A stretch of 42,931 nucleotides of DNA, from NCBI GenBank assembly GCA_041628225.1, contig JBFKPQ010000004.1, positions 1 through 42,931 of the forward strand. The letters are read 5' to 3'. Positions 18,289 through 32,024 of this stretch are shown here, piece after piece (the stretch's first letter is position 1; every line of letters begins with the position of its first letter). Below the pieces are notes generated by a model, which saw only the letters and a program-made list of their open reading frames with translations, had not been told where the DNA came from and searched no databases. Position numbers and translations under genes: made by a program. The DNA is from Acidimicrobiia bacterium. Its GTDB lineage: Bacteria; Actinomycetota; Acidimicrobiia; Spongiisociales; JAENVV01.

Positions 18289-19554
18289 TCAGCTGCACTC
18301 TCCGGCATCGATGGCCGAGTTGATGGCATCGGCGGCCTGCTGCAGCGCCTCTTCGGCGGTCAGCGTGCCACCGAAGTAGGTCTGCAGGGCGCTGTCCATG
18401 TTGCCCCAGTAGCAACCACCGAAACGCGGCTGAGCCGGGCTGGCCGAGAAGGCCGCCACCTGTCCGGCGAGCAGCTCATCGGTCACCTCGACGCCCATCG
18501 CCGCCGGCACGTGACCGGCCTTGGCCGGGTCGGCCAGCAGCGTCTGGGCCTCCACGCCGAGGAAGTACTCGACGAACGCCACCGCAGCATCGAGTTCGTC
18601 ACCTTCGGCGATGTTGCCGATGTAGATCGACTCGGTCTGCACCACGCCACCGAGGGAACCGTCCACGGCAGCGGGCCACGCGTCGATGACGAGGTTTTCG
18701 GCACCGATGGCCTCCGACAAGGCGCTGGCGTTCCAGGTGCCATCGATGATGATGCCCGTCTCGCCGGCCTTGAACGTGTCGAGGTCGCTGTCCGAGTAGT
18801 AGTCGCTCGAGTTGCCGGGGAACGAGTTCACCAGCTCGAGCCAGCACACGCCCGCTTCGTTGTTGAAGGCGGGACGGCCCTCGGCGTCGGCGATCTCGCC
18901 GCCACACGCCGTCAACAGGTGGGCCATCGAGAAGAAGAAGCCACGCTCGAGCGAAGCGTTGCCAGCCGCCGCGACATCGTCGAACGACGCCGGAGCGTCG
19001 GGAACGAGCGCCGCGTTACGGAACATCACGACACCCTTGAGCGTCTGCGGAAGGCCGGCGTACATGCCGTCGAACGTCACCGCATCCACGGCGGCTGGGT
19101 TCAGGCCCGCGACGACCTCGTCGCTGACCATGCCCTTCAGGTCGTAGATGAAGTTGGCCGACATGAAGGCAGAGGCCCAGTCGGTGGCGCCGATGACGAC
19201 CGTCGGGCCCTCACCGGTGCCCCAAGACGTCTCGGTCTTGTTCTGCAAGTCGTCGAACGGGACGAACAGCACGTCGACCGTGACATCCGGGTAGATGGCG
19301 TTGAAGCCGGCGATGACGTCGTTGAGACCTTCGATCTCGGCCTCGGTCCAACCGTGCCACAGCGTCACGGTGCCGGTCAGCGCCATGTCGTCCATGTCGT
19401 CTTCGGCCATGGTCGTGTCGGGGGTTTCCGCCTGTGTCGTGGCAGGCGTCTCGTCCACCGGAGCGGCTGCGGTCGTCTCGGACGTGGCGTCGGTGCCACA
19501 AGCCGCGAGCACGAGCATCAGCGCACCGAGCAGCGCGATGAGTTTCCTCGTCAT
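18289..19554 (-). CDS. Sugar ABC transporter substrate-binding lipoprotein (maltodextrin-type)
   Basis: AGGAGG SD; lipobox LAAC; VTLWHGW..AE, VPFDDL, GEGP, IIDGTW; context with MalF/G-like and GH57 genes. Confidence 0.88.
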   Translation of the reverse strand: MTRKLIALLGALMLVLAACGTDATSETTAAAPVDETPATTQAETPDTTMAEDDMDDMALTGTVTLWHGWTEAEIEGLNDVIAGFNAIYPDVTVDVLFVPFDDLQNKTETSWGTGEGPTVVIGATDWASAFMSANFIYDLKGMVSDEVVAGLNPAAVDAVTFDGMYAGLPQTLKGVVMFRNAALVPDAPASFDDVAAAGNASLERGFFFSMAHLLTACGGEIADAEGRPAFNNEAGVCWLELVNSFPGNSSDYYSDSDLDTFKAGETGIIIDGTWNASALSEAIGAENLVIDAWPAAVDGSLGGVVQTESIYIGNIAEGDELDAAVAFVEYFLGVEAQTLLADPAKAGHVPAAMGVEVTDELLAGQVAAFSASPAQPRFGGCYWGNMDSALQTYFGGTLTAEEALQQAADAINSAIDAGECS

Positions 19555-19623
19555 GGAAATGGTTCCTCCTGTGAGAGAGCATCAGCCGTGGGCTGAGGGT
19601 CGACGTAGAAGGTCGACCAAGGA

Positions 19624-19654
19624 ATTGTAGACACTCTTGGCCTCATTCCGGCAA
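19624..19654 (-). promoter_or_regulatory. Candidate sigma70-type promoter for the sugar transporter
   Basis: Minus-strand TTGCCG (19654-19649), 19-bp spacer, TACAAT (19629-19624); the spacer is longer than ideal. Confidence 0.35.
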
Positions 19655-19675
19655 CCCGTAAAGGTCCCGAATTCG

Positions 19676-22600
19676 TCAGGGCACCAGCACCGGGACGGTT
19701 CCGAACTCGTCGTCCGACAAGTCGTCGAACGCCCCGTCGATCACCGACGGATAGTCGGAGAGGCTTTGCTCCTGGACACCCGCCTCTGGCCACACCACGT
19801 CGATGATCCGCGTGTGGTTAAGGTCGGCCGGTCCTCCGCCGAATCGCCAGGTCTCCGCCACCTCGAGCACGTCGCGGACCCGGCGTGATCCACTCGAGGG
19901 GAAACCTTCCTGGCCGAGTAGCACGATGCTGTACCCCCACGTCGACGGATCGCCCCCTCCCAAGAGCGCCAACGGCAACCGGACGATGAGTCGGCCCTTG
20001 TCTCCGAGGACCACCACCGTGAACGTCGGGCGAGTCTCCTCGGCCGTGCCGTCGTCAGCCACAGCGAAGATGGCCGGCTCCCAGCCCTCGACGGTGACGG
20101 CGTACTCCCAACCGTGGCCGGCCTCGAGGACGGCATTGCGCCCGTCGATGAGACGCCGTCGGCCGGTGGCATCGCCTGGATCCTGGTCGATGTACACATC
20201 GAGGGTCTGGACCGACAGGCCGTTGGGGCTCCCCCAGGGATTTTGGATCGGTGCAACCGTCTCGACGCTGATCACCAGAGTGTCGTAAGAGACGCCCACC
20301 GAGGCGGTCGCCATGTCGAAGACCCCCGACCCGAACACGGCGTCCTTGGGGTACGTGTACGTCCCGGGCCCGTGGTCGTCACCGACCGGGTCGTCGACGG
20401 ACACGAGCACGTCCACATCCGAGATGTCCGGTACCTGGAGGAGCGCCGGCCCGGCCGATGGTCGCACCGTGTCGCCGTCGGCGAGGGCCACCGTGACCGA
20501 GTCACCGACCTCCAACGCGCCCAGGGCGCTCAGCGGGAGCGCCAGCTCCACCCCCGAGTCGGACAAACTCGAACCCGCCACACGGAAGACGGCCGCACGC
20601 GCCACGGTCGCGGTCGGCGCTCCGAACTCGAAACCTGCCTCGTCGCCGAGTGCGGGAACGGGCACAGGCTCGGTGGCGGTGTCCCCGTCCACGCGGACCA
20701 CATGCGTGGCCCGGAATCCGAGCACCGCACCCTCCAAGGTGGCGCCTCGTGACACTGCCCCACCGGGCACCCCGAGATAGAGATCGAACGTCTCCGGCGC
20801 CCCGTCCAGCCACAGGGACAACCGCTCGGTGTCGAATCCGTAGCGGAGCACCACGCCGTCGAGGTCGATCTCACCGGCTCCCGACCAGTCGTCGCCCCCG
20901 ATCTCGCCGCCGATGGCTGGACTCAGAACCCCGTCGGGTGTGGCAGCCGCCGCGACCGCCGGACGGGGGATGATCGGAATGCCCACATAAGCAGGTCGGT
21001 CCTGACCGAGCTGGTCGTACATCTGGCCGAGCAACTCACGAAACGCCTCGTCGAAGTAGTCGTCGTTGCCGGAGTTCTGATCGGCGCCGTACCACCAGAA
21101 CCAGTCGGAGCCTTCTGCGAACAAGAGGGTCTCATAGGCTTGGGCAAGCTGATCCTCGGTCGACGTTCCACGGTCGTGGGCCAGCCGGAAGTCCTGGCGA
21201 GCACGCCACAGGTAGTCCCACGCCAGGGCTTCTTCGGCCTCACCGATCCACGTGGCGTAGTTCGACGAGAACCAGGCACCCGGGTACACCTCGTCGAGGG
21301 CGGGAACGGTTTCGCCGAAAGCCGCCAGGTACTCCGAGGGTGTGATCGGCGTGACCCACTCGGCGTCGACCACCGATTCGTACAAGGCGTGCAGGAACTC
21401 TTTGCCGTCGTTCGGATAGTGCTCCCAGGCGTTCTCGCCATCGACGATGATCGAGACGACTTTCGGGCCTTGGGTGCCTTGGAGCGCTTCCTCGATGCGA
21501 GCGAGCCGTTCCATGAGGTCGTCGGCGGCGTCTGCGCCCTCCATCCCCGAGTACTGGAACCCTATGAGGTCCGAGAGAACCCGATCTCGGAAGAAGATCG
21601 GCAGGTCGGGATTGCGCTGATTGACGGCCCTCCAGGGCTGGTAGAGGTCGGCCGCCTCCGACACGAGGTCGTCGGCATCACGGGTGAACGACCCGATGCC
21701 CAACGAAGGGGCCAGGACGTCCTCGCCCGTGGCGATCCACTCGACTCCTTCGCGCGCGATGAGCGGCATGGCGATCTGAGCGACGGCACCCTCCCCCGGC
21801 CACATGCCCACAGGACGGCGACCAAGCAGGCGTTCGGCCTCGTCGAGGCCGCGCTGCACCTGGTCGACCGCGTCGGGGATCTCGTTGAACAGTCGATCGG
21901 GCAACAGTGCGGTGGCATCTCCGACCGACGCCAGCGAGGCGTCCATGATCAGCGGCAAGATGGGATGTGCCAGCGGCGTCGTCGTGACTTCGATCTGACC
22001 GGCGGCCCAGAGGCGCTGGTGAACCTCGATGGTGGCCTCGATCAGGCGCAGATGCTCGTCGAGCACCACCGTCTTGTCCCCTTCTTCGTACCCGCGCCCC
22101 TGGGCCACGAGCGACGCCAGCGGCTCGACGGCGAGGACATCGGGGTCGGTCCAGCCGAGATTGAACAACACCTGGAGGTCGGTGATCTCGGAATCGGTGA
22201 AGGGTTCGCCGCGCCGATCGGCCAGCTCTTGGTAGCGGGGGAATCGGGCGATGATCTTGGGATTGATGTCGAAGAAGCGCTCGGTGACGAACGCTCGTTC
22301 CTCATCCGAGAGGTCCGCGGCCGGCGTTTCGGTGAGGACCCAGTAGCGATCCTTGGTGCCGTCCATCAGTTCCTCGAGCTGCAACAGGAGAACGGGTGTC
22401 AGGTTGAATGTGGCCCGCATGTCGGGGTGCTCGTCGAGCATGGCGGCCATGTCCCAGTAGTCCTTGGCGGCGTGGAGTCGCACCCAGGGGCGGGTCACGA
22501 CGCCGTCGGCGTCCTTCGGATAGAGCGGCTGATGCTGATGCCACATGAGCATCAGGTAGAAACCATCCGGGTCGAGCCCTCCGCCGCCTGGCGCGTCGGA

Positions 22601-22717
22601 CGTCACCGGCAGTGTCGGGTCACCCGCCGTGGTCGTGGTCGATTCCGTCGATTCCGTAGCCGTGCACGCCCCCAAGACGAGGCCTGCGGCGAGCAGGAAG
22701 GCAAACGAACGTCGCAT
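19676..22717 (-). CDS. Lipoprotein GH57 amylopullulanase with C-terminal glucodextranase/DOMON-like domain
   Basis: Lipobox LGAC; GH57 regions WHQHQP, WVRLHAAKDY, HPILPL, WPGE (nucleophile Glu), DGENAWE (acid/base Asp), AEGSDWFWW; C-terminal DPVGDDHGPGTYTYP and NPWGSPNGLS..DVYID. Confidence 0.92.
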   Translation of the reverse strand: MRRSFAFLLAAGLVLGACTATESTESTTTTAGDPTLPVTSDAPGGGGLDPDGFYLMLMWHQHQPLYPKDADGVVTRPWVRLHAAKDYWDMAAMLDEHPDMRATFNLTPVLLLQLEELMDGTKDRYWVLTETPAADLSDEERAFVTERFFDINPKIIARFPRYQELADRRGEPFTDSEITDLQVLFNLGWTDPDVLAVEPLASLVAQGRGYEEGDKTVVLDEHLRLIEATIEVHQRLWAAGQIEVTTTPLAHPILPLIMDASLASVGDATALLPDRLFNEIPDAVDQVQRGLDEAERLLGRRPVGMWPGEGAVAQIAMPLIAREGVEWIATGEDVLAPSLGIGSFTRDADDLVSEAADLYQPWRAVNQRNPDLPIFFRDRVLSDLIGFQYSGMEGADAADDLMERLARIEEALQGTQGPKVVSIIVDGENAWEHYPNDGKEFLHALYESVVDAEWVTPITPSEYLAAFGETVPALDEVYPGAWFSSNYATWIGEAEEALAWDYLWRARQDFRLAHDRGTSTEDQLAQAYETLLFAEGSDWFWWYGADQNSGNDDYFDEAFRELLGQMYDQLGQDRPAYVGIPIIPRPAVAAAATPDGVLSPAIGGEIGGDDWSGAGEIDLDGVVLRYGFDTERLSLWLDGAPETFDLYLGVPGGAVSRGATLEGAVLGFRATHVVRVDGDTATEPVPVPALGDEAGFEFGAPTATVARAAVFRVAGSSLSDSGVELALPLSALGALEVGDSVTVALADGDTVRPSAGPALLQVPDISDVDVLVSVDDPVGDDHGPGTYTYPKDAVFGSGVFDMATASVGVSYDTLVISVETVAPIQNPWGSPNGLSVQTLDVYIDQDPGDATGRRRLIDGRNAVLEAGHGWEYAVTVEGWEPAIFAVADDGTAEETRPTFTVVVLGDKGRLIVRLPLALLGGGDPSTWGYSIVLLGQEGFPSSGSRRVRDVLEVAETWRFGGGPADLNHTRIIDVVWPEAGVQEQSLSDYPSVIDGAFDDLSDDEFGTVPVLVP

Positions 22718-22776
22718 GCGGCCCCGCAGTGTAGGGCAGGATAACGGCGGTTCGAATGGACGGCCGGATCGAACCC

Positions 22777-23580
22777 TCAGGCGACGACCCAGGCGACGGT
22801 CGCGACCCGCTTGCGGCGATCGCCCAGGTACACGGACCCGTCCTCCGCCTCGACGATGTCAGGGCCGAGGACGTCATCGAGCTCACTCCAGCGAGCTTCG
22901 GGGAGTACGAGCCGCCGACCATAGAAGGCCAGCAGGTCTCGTCGGTCGGCAAACGCCATGGGGAGCCCTGTCTCCCACCACTCCACACTGGGGACCAGGC
23001 CGAAGACCTCGTGGATGACGGCGACGAGGTCGTCCACCGTCGGCCCGGCCGGCCGCGCCAGACCGTGCAACGCCTCGTAGTAGGGGCCGAGATGGGACCA
23101 AGGATGCCGCTCGAACTCCTGGAGCACGATCCGGTGAGCGTGATCCGCCATGGCACGCAGAAACGGTGGCAGGTCGGCCACGTTGTGCACGACGTGGGCG
23201 GCGGTGGCGACATCGACCGTCGGCACGCCTCGTGCCGCCTCCGGCCAGGACCCTTCGACGATCTCGACGTCGACACCTCGTCGTGCGGCCTCCTGACGAA
23301 GTCGGGTCGCCATCGCGCCGTCTCGCTCGACGGCGATCACGCTGACCCCCTGCTCGGCGAGGACGAGACAACTCCCGCCCGTACCGGCACCGATGTCGAG
23401 CACCGATCGCGGCCGGGTGCGGCGGACGACGTCGATGAGTGGTGGAGGCTCGGTCGAGCGATCACGCCGCGCGAACAGGTCGGCCGGCCACGCGTAAGGA
23501 TCCCACGGTACGGCGTCCAGCAGCCCTTCAGGAAGGGACCAGCCTTCGAGCTGGTCCCGCCATCGGGCAGCTGCTGTCAT
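22777..23580 (-). CDS. Class I SAM-dependent methyltransferase
   Basis: SVLDIGAGTG motif I, AVERD, HVVHNV; ATGA overlap with upstream gene. Confidence 0.88.
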   Translation of the reverse strand: MTAAARWRDQLEGWSLPEGLLDAVPWDPYAWPADLFARRDRSTEPPPLIDVVRRTRPRSVLDIGAGTGGSCLVLAEQGVSVIAVERDGAMATRLRQEAARRGVDVEIVEGSWPEAARGVPTVDVATAAHVVHNVADLPPFLRAMADHAHRIVLQEFERHPWSHLGPYYEALHGLARPAGPTVDDLVAVIHEVFGLVPSVEWWETGLPMAFADRRDLLAFYGRRLVLPEARWSELDDVLGPDIVEAEDGSVYLGDRRKRVATVAWVVA

Positions 23581-24422
23581 CGCAAGCCGGCGAACAGATC
23601 GTCTTCCCGGTCTGGCGCCGGGACCGACGAGAACACCCGCACGAAGGACTCGAGGCCGAACACCTCAGGGCGATCGGCGGCTGGGATTTGGAAGAAGAAC
23701 CAGTCCTCCGGGATCTGCGTACGGTGGGCGCGCCAGGCATCCTCCTTGCGCTGGAAGACGTCGTGGACGTCGATCCAGGCGTCGATGGCATCGTCCGGGG
23801 TGCCGCCTTCAGCCATCCGAGCGTGCTCCTCTTCGGTGATGGATCCCGATGCCAGGCGGACATCGGCAAAGGCCTTCACACGAGATCTCGGCCAGGCGGA
23901 CCAGTAGAGCTTGGCAGGTTGCCATAGCGATTCGCCGTCCTCGAGCGGGAAGCGACCGAGGTCACTGGCACCCCAGAACGCCGCCAGGCCCACCCGGTGG
24001 ACCTGGATGTGATCCGGATGTCCGTAGCCGCCGAAGGGGTCGTAGATGACCACCACTTCGGGCTGGTAGCGGCGGATGAGGCGGATCAGCCGTCCGGTCG
24101 CCTCCATGAAGTCGGCGTTCCAGAAGTTGCGCTCGTCGCCGTTGGCGGGGGTTCCCATCATGCCGGAGTCGCGGTAGCCGAGGAACTCGTGGTGCGGAAC
24201 GCCGAGAATGGCGAGGGCGTCGGCCAACTCCTTCGCCCGCAGAGCAGGCAGTTCTGGATGGAGGTCGGCGGGGTTGTCGTAGTTGTGGATCTCGCCCTCG
24301 GCGCCGTCGGTGGCGGTCACGACCACCACCTGCTCGCCGCGGTCGGAGTACACGGCCAGGGTGCCACCGGTCGAGGTGGTCTCGTCGTCGGGATGGGCGT
24401 GGAAGGCCAGTAATCCGGGCAT
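23577..24422 (-). CDS. PIG-L/LmbE-family deacetylase (MshB/Mca-like)
   Basis: HAHPDDE, TDGAEGE, GYRDSGMMG, YDPFGGYGHPDHIQVH, AHRTQI. Confidence 0.9.
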   Translation of the reverse strand: MPGLLAFHAHPDDETTSTGGTLAVYSDRGEQVVVVTATDGAEGEIHNYDNPADLHPELPALRAKELADALAILGVPHHEFLGYRDSGMMGTPANGDERNFWNADFMEATGRLIRLIRRYQPEVVVIYDPFGGYGHPDHIQVHRVGLAAFWGASDLGRFPLEDGESLWQPAKLYWSAWPRSRVKAFADVRLASGSITEEEHARMAEGGTPDDAIDAWIDVHDVFQRKEDAWRAHRTQIPEDWFFFQIPAADRPEVFGLESFVRVFSSVPAPDREDDLFAGLR

Positions 24423-24433
24423 GAGGGGCGAGC

Positions 24434-24985
24434 CTAGTCAGCGCCGACGCCGTCGAGGAAGCGGCCGCCACTGCGCCAGTACACACCGTCGGCGCGCGTG
24501 AGGAACCCTTCGTCGACGAGGTACCTCCGCAGGGCCGCGAAGTCCGGATGAAACAGCTGCAGGGTGAAGCTGACGGACCGCTCGTCGTACCGGACGCCGG
24601 GCTCGAACTCCTGGGCGAGCCGTTCGAGGATGACGAGCCGCTTCGAGCGCACCGACGGAATGGCGGTGAGCCGCGCTCCCTTGAAGAACGTCGCCAGAAT
24701 GCCGGCTTCGTCAGCGGACCACGGTCCGGCGACGATCTCGGCCGAGGCGGCTTCGTCGGCCGGAAGCTGCGATCCGAGCACCGCGAACGCGGCCCGATCG
24801 AGCTGCCCACGGTCATCGACGAGCCCGGCATCGCGCAGCACCACCAGGGCCTTCCACAGCTTCTTGCGGTCCGCCTGGAGCTGTGCCGCCAGCCCGTCGA
24901 CGTCGACAGGGCCGCGCACTGCGGCTCCGAGGAGCGCGAGTCGGTCGGGATCCATGACGAAGCGGAGGAAGTCGGTCGGTGTCAC
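24434..24985 (-). CDS. DUF2087-domain protein with N-terminal wHTH-like region
   Basis: RLTAIPS..SKRLVILE.LAQEFEPG.RYDE..V...L..FHPDFAALRRYLVDEGFLTR pattern. Confidence 0.82.
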   Translation of the reverse strand: MTPTDFLRFVMDPDRLALLGAAVRGPVDVDGLAAQLQADRKKLWKALVVLRDAGLVDDRGQLDRAAFAVLGSQLPADEAASAEIVAGPWSADEAGILATFFKGARLTAIPSVRSKRLVILERLAQEFEPGVRYDERSVSFTLQLFHPDFAALRRYLVDEGFLTRADGVYWRSGGRFLDGVGAD

Positions 24986-25022
24986 CGTTCGGCATGGTAC
25001 CGGTGGTAGTACCCTGACGCCG

Positions 25023-25460
25023 ATGCCATCCGCACGCTATAGCCACGTCGTCCATGCCGACATATCGCTCGAAGACGCTTGGGCGGCACTCCAACGCCCG
25101 GAGACCTGGGCGTCGCTCGCCGGCGTCGACGAGATCACCGATCCCGAGTTCTCCGACGACGGCAGCCTGGCCGGTTATGCGTTCGTCGCCACGGCGGCCG
25201 GCCAGCAGTATCCGGGACGAGCCTCGACCCTCGTATCCGATCCGCCCGAACAGATGGCGGTGAGTATCGACACATCGCACCTCGCGGGCACCATCAACAC
25301 CCGGCTGCGGGACGACGCCAACTCCATCGTCGTCGAGGTGACGCTGGAGCTGACGACGAAATCTGCCCTCACCAGCATGTTCTTTCCCGTCCTGTCGACG
25401 GCGGTGGGCAACGGACTCCCGGGCCAGGTCGAGGCGTTCGCGCAGCGGCTCTCGAGCTGA
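25023..25460 (+). CDS. SRPBCC/CoxG-like protein
   Basis: 145 aa; AWAALQRPETWASLAG N-terminal pattern, beta-rich middle, long C-terminal helix. ATG 25023 inferred. Confidence 0.7.
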   Translation: MPSARYSHVVHADISLEDAWAALQRPETWASLAGVDEITDPEFSDDGSLAGYAFVATAAGQQYPGRASTLVSDPPEQMAVSIDTSHLAGTINTRLRDDANSIVVEVTLELTTKSALTSMFFPVLSTAVGNGLPGQVEAFAQRLSS

Positions 25461-25469
25461 TCCAACGAG

Positions 25470-25503
25470 ATCGGGCGGGCAGCGTATCCGCCACCCGCCC
25501 GAT
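25470..25503. terminator. Stem-loop between convergent SRPBCC gene and atp operon
   Basis: ATCGGGCGGG (25470-25479) pairs perfectly with CCCGCCCGAT (25494-25503); no U-tract. Confidence 0.5.
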
Positions 25504-25600
25504 GCCAGGGGATCTACCAACAACCGTACACCGCCCAGCCAGGGAGCGCTCCCGGGAGCGTCCGATTTTCGGGTGAGGGAACAAGAACCGTTTCGGTCCG

Positions 25601-25926
25601 TCAGTCCTCTTCGGCGGAGGCGGCGAGCGCCGCGGCGGCCTCGCGGGCGGCGTCGGCGTCGCCTTGCACGATCTCGGCGCGATCGGTGAGCAGCGTCACT
25701 TGGTTGGCGAGCACCTGAATGAACCCACCATGGACGGCGATCGTCGTCTTGGTGCCATCGTCGCCTTCGACGTGCACGGCGGCCGTCACGAGCGCACCCA
25801 TGAGCGGTTCATGATCGGCCATGATGCCGATCTCTCCGTCCGGTGTCCGTGCGACGACGAACGTCGCCTCCCCCGACCACAGCGTGGCCTCGGGAGAAAC
25901 GACGTCGAGACGGAACGGCTTTGCCA

Positions 25927-25927
<1 letters not shown>
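25601..25927 (-). CDS. atpC: ATP synthase epsilon subunit (short)
   Basis: LDVVSPE, GEIGIMADHEP, VHGGF; last gene of the operon. Confidence 0.95.
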
Positions 25928-29765
<3,838 letters not shown>

Positions 29766-29781
29766 CGGTTCTCCTGTGTTC

Positions 29782-30318
29782 TCACGCTTTCAGGGCTTGG
29801 CGCAGGCCGGAAAGCCGTTTCTGCACCGAGCCATCGATGACGGTGTCGCCGACGCGGGCGACGATGCCGCCCAAGACGGTCGGATCGACGACCACCTTGG
29901 GTTCCAAGGACTTGCCGGTCTTGCGCTCGAGCGCCTCGACCAGGCGAGCCACGGTCGCTTCGTCCAGATCGATCGCCGTGCGGATCTCGGCAACGTGGCG
30001 GCTGCCGGCCGCGGCGACCGTCTCGGCGACCGCGTCGACGATGCCGGGCAGGGACGTTCCCCTGCCCATCCCGACGATGAACGACACGAACGAGCGCGTC
30101 AGATCGGAGGCTTTCGCACTCAGCAGATCCTCGACGATGGCCAATTTGCGGTCGGAGGACAACTGCGGGTTGCCCAGCGCGTCGCGCAACTCGGTGGACG
30201 ATTCGACCGCCCGGCCGACCTCGAGGAGTTCGGCACGTACCCGGTCGAGTTCTCCCTCGGCGCGGGCGATCTCGAAGATGCCCTGCGCATAACCCCGGAT
30301 GCGGTCGTCAGCGGACAT
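29782..30318 (-). CDS. atpH: ATP synthase delta subunit
   Basis: [26 protein letters not shown]; operon position. Confidence 0.96.
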   Translation of the reverse strand: MSADDRIRGYAQGIFEIARAEGELDRVRAELLEVGRAVESSTELRDALGNPQLSSDRKLAIVEDLLSAKASDLTRSFVSFIVGMGRGTSLPGIVDAVAETVAAAGSRHVAEIRTAIDLDEATVARLVEALERKTGKSLEPKVVVDPTVLGGIVARVGDTVIDGSVQKRLSGLRQALKA

Positions 30319-30324
30319 GTGCGC

Positions 30325-30864
30325 CTACGCCCCTTCCAAGTCGGCCAGGTACCGCTCGACGAGCCCTTGCTGGGCACTCCGATCGAGGTTCTGCCCGACC
30401 ACTTTCTCGGCGAGGTCGATCGACAGATTCGCCACCTCTTGGCGGGCGGACTGCAGCGCCCGAGCCTTCTCGTTGGAGGCATCTTCGCGAGCTTTGGCGA
30501 CGATCTGATCGGCTTCGGCCTGGGCTTTGGCGACCAGGTCGGCCCTCACGGTTTCGGCCTGGCTGCGCGCCTCTTCGACGATCTCATTGGCTTCGGATTT
30601 GGCGCCCGCGAGCTGCTGGCGGTAGTCCTCCAGCAGGCTCTGGGCCTCGGCCTTGATGCCTTCGGCTTCCTTGATCTGACCGGCGATGGCCGCTTGGCGG
30701 TCGTCGGCCAGCTTCTGGATGGCCGGCCAGGCGAACTTCCAGATCACGAAGAAGACGATGGCGAAGGCGATGATGCCCGAGTACAGCTCGGCGGGAGCCG
30801 GCAGCAGCAGGTCGATGCCCCCGCCTCCTTCCTCTTCGGCTGCCAGGATCAACACGTCTCGCAC
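30325..30864 (-). CDS. atpF: ATP synthase b subunit
   Basis: Single N-terminal TM (IIAFAIVFFVIWKFAWP) then a long Ala/Glu-rich helix; GTG 30864 inferred (alternative 30855). Confidence 0.95.
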   Translation of the reverse strand: MRDVLILAAEEEGGGGIDLLLPAPAELYSGIIAFAIVFFVIWKFAWPAIQKLADDRQAAIAGQIKEAEGIKAEAQSLLEDYRQQLAGAKSEANEIVEEARSQAETVRADLVAKAQAEADQIVAKAREDASNEKARALQSARQEVANLSIDLAEKVVGQNLDRSAQQGLVERYLADLEGA

Positions 30865-30868
30865 GATC

Positions 30869-31183
<315 letters not shown>

Positions 31184-31208
31184 TCAGGGCAAAACCTTGT
31201 CGTGAACC

Positions 31209-32024
31209 TCAGTGTTCTGCGTGGAGGGACGTTTCGATGTACACGGCGGACAGCAGCGTGAAGATGTACGCCTGCAAGACGGCCACGAGCAACTCAAAGA
31301 GGAAGATGGCGAGGCCCATCGCAAACCAGGCGATCCCGATCGCCCCCCTCCAGACCGCGATCTCTCCGGTGGCCGCATGCACGATGAAGAAGTACGCCGA
31401 GGCCAGCAGGAGGCTGAGCATCACGTGACCGGCGACGAGGTTGGCGAACAGCCGGACAGCCAGCGAGAAAGGCCGCACGATGATGGTCGACACGAATTCG
31501 ATGAGCCCGACCAGTGGCTTCATGGCCGTGGGAACGCCTGGAGGCCATATCAGGTGACCGAAGTACCCCAAGCCCTGTTTGCGAATGCCGACGACCACGA
31601 AGATCACCCATGTCACGAGAGCCAGGAACATGGGGATGGCCATGCGGGAGGTGATGGGGAAGTTGATGAGCGGCGTGATCTCGAAGAGGTTGCCGATCAA
31701 GATGAACAGGAAGATCGACAGGAGGTACGGCACGTACTTCGTGCCCTCCGGTCCGATGACGTCGCGGGCGATGCCGTCCCTGACCAGCCCGACGAGCCCT
31801 TCCATGGCGGCTTGGAAGCGGCCGGGAACGAGGCTCGGCTTGCGGAAGGCAAAAAACATGAGACCGACCGCGATGGCGGCCGCCAGGAAGATCAAGAGGA
31901 CGGTTCGGTTGACCCCGAGTGCAGAAATGGTGGGGAGCTCGAAGAGATCGAGCACATTGGCGGGGGCGCAGACGACCTCGTTGACGGTATCGCACTCCTC
32001 GGCTGCCAAGATCAGTTGATCCAC
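31209..32024 (-). CDS. atpB: ATP synthase a subunit
   Basis: VPGRFQ, RPFSLAVRLFANLVAGH (essential Arg), FELLVAVLQAYIFTLL; GTG 32024 after an AAGGGA SD-like sequence. Confidence 0.97.
   Translation of the reverse strand: MDQLILAAEECDTVNEVVCAPANVLDLFELPTISALGVNRTVLLIFLAAAIAVGLMFFAFRKPSLVPGRFQAAMEGLVGLVRDGIARDVIGPEGTKYVPYLLSIFLFILIGNLFEITPLINFPITSRMAIPMFLALVTWVIFVVVGIRKQGLGYFGHLIWPPGVPTAMKPLVGLIEFVSTIIVRPFSLAVRLFANLVAGHVMLSLLLASAYFFIVHAATGEIAVWRGAIGIAWFAMGLAIFLFELLVAVLQAYIFTLLSAVYIETSLHAEH

Noticed and set aside
19555-19675. Possible riboswitch or sRNA upstream of the sugar-binding gene (short inverted repeats TCAGCC/GGCTGA and GGTCGAC/GTCGACC)
   Set aside because: Stems are only 6-7 bp, GTCGAC is very frequent in this genome, and no known motif is recognisable.
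25542-25560. GGGAGCGCTCCC palindrome (core of the Streptomyces CebR box TGGGAGCGCTCCCA) overlapping CGCTCCCGGGAGCG
   Set aside because: Outer bases do not match, it lies between convergent 3' ends with no promoter to control, and GC-rich palindromes arise readily by chance.
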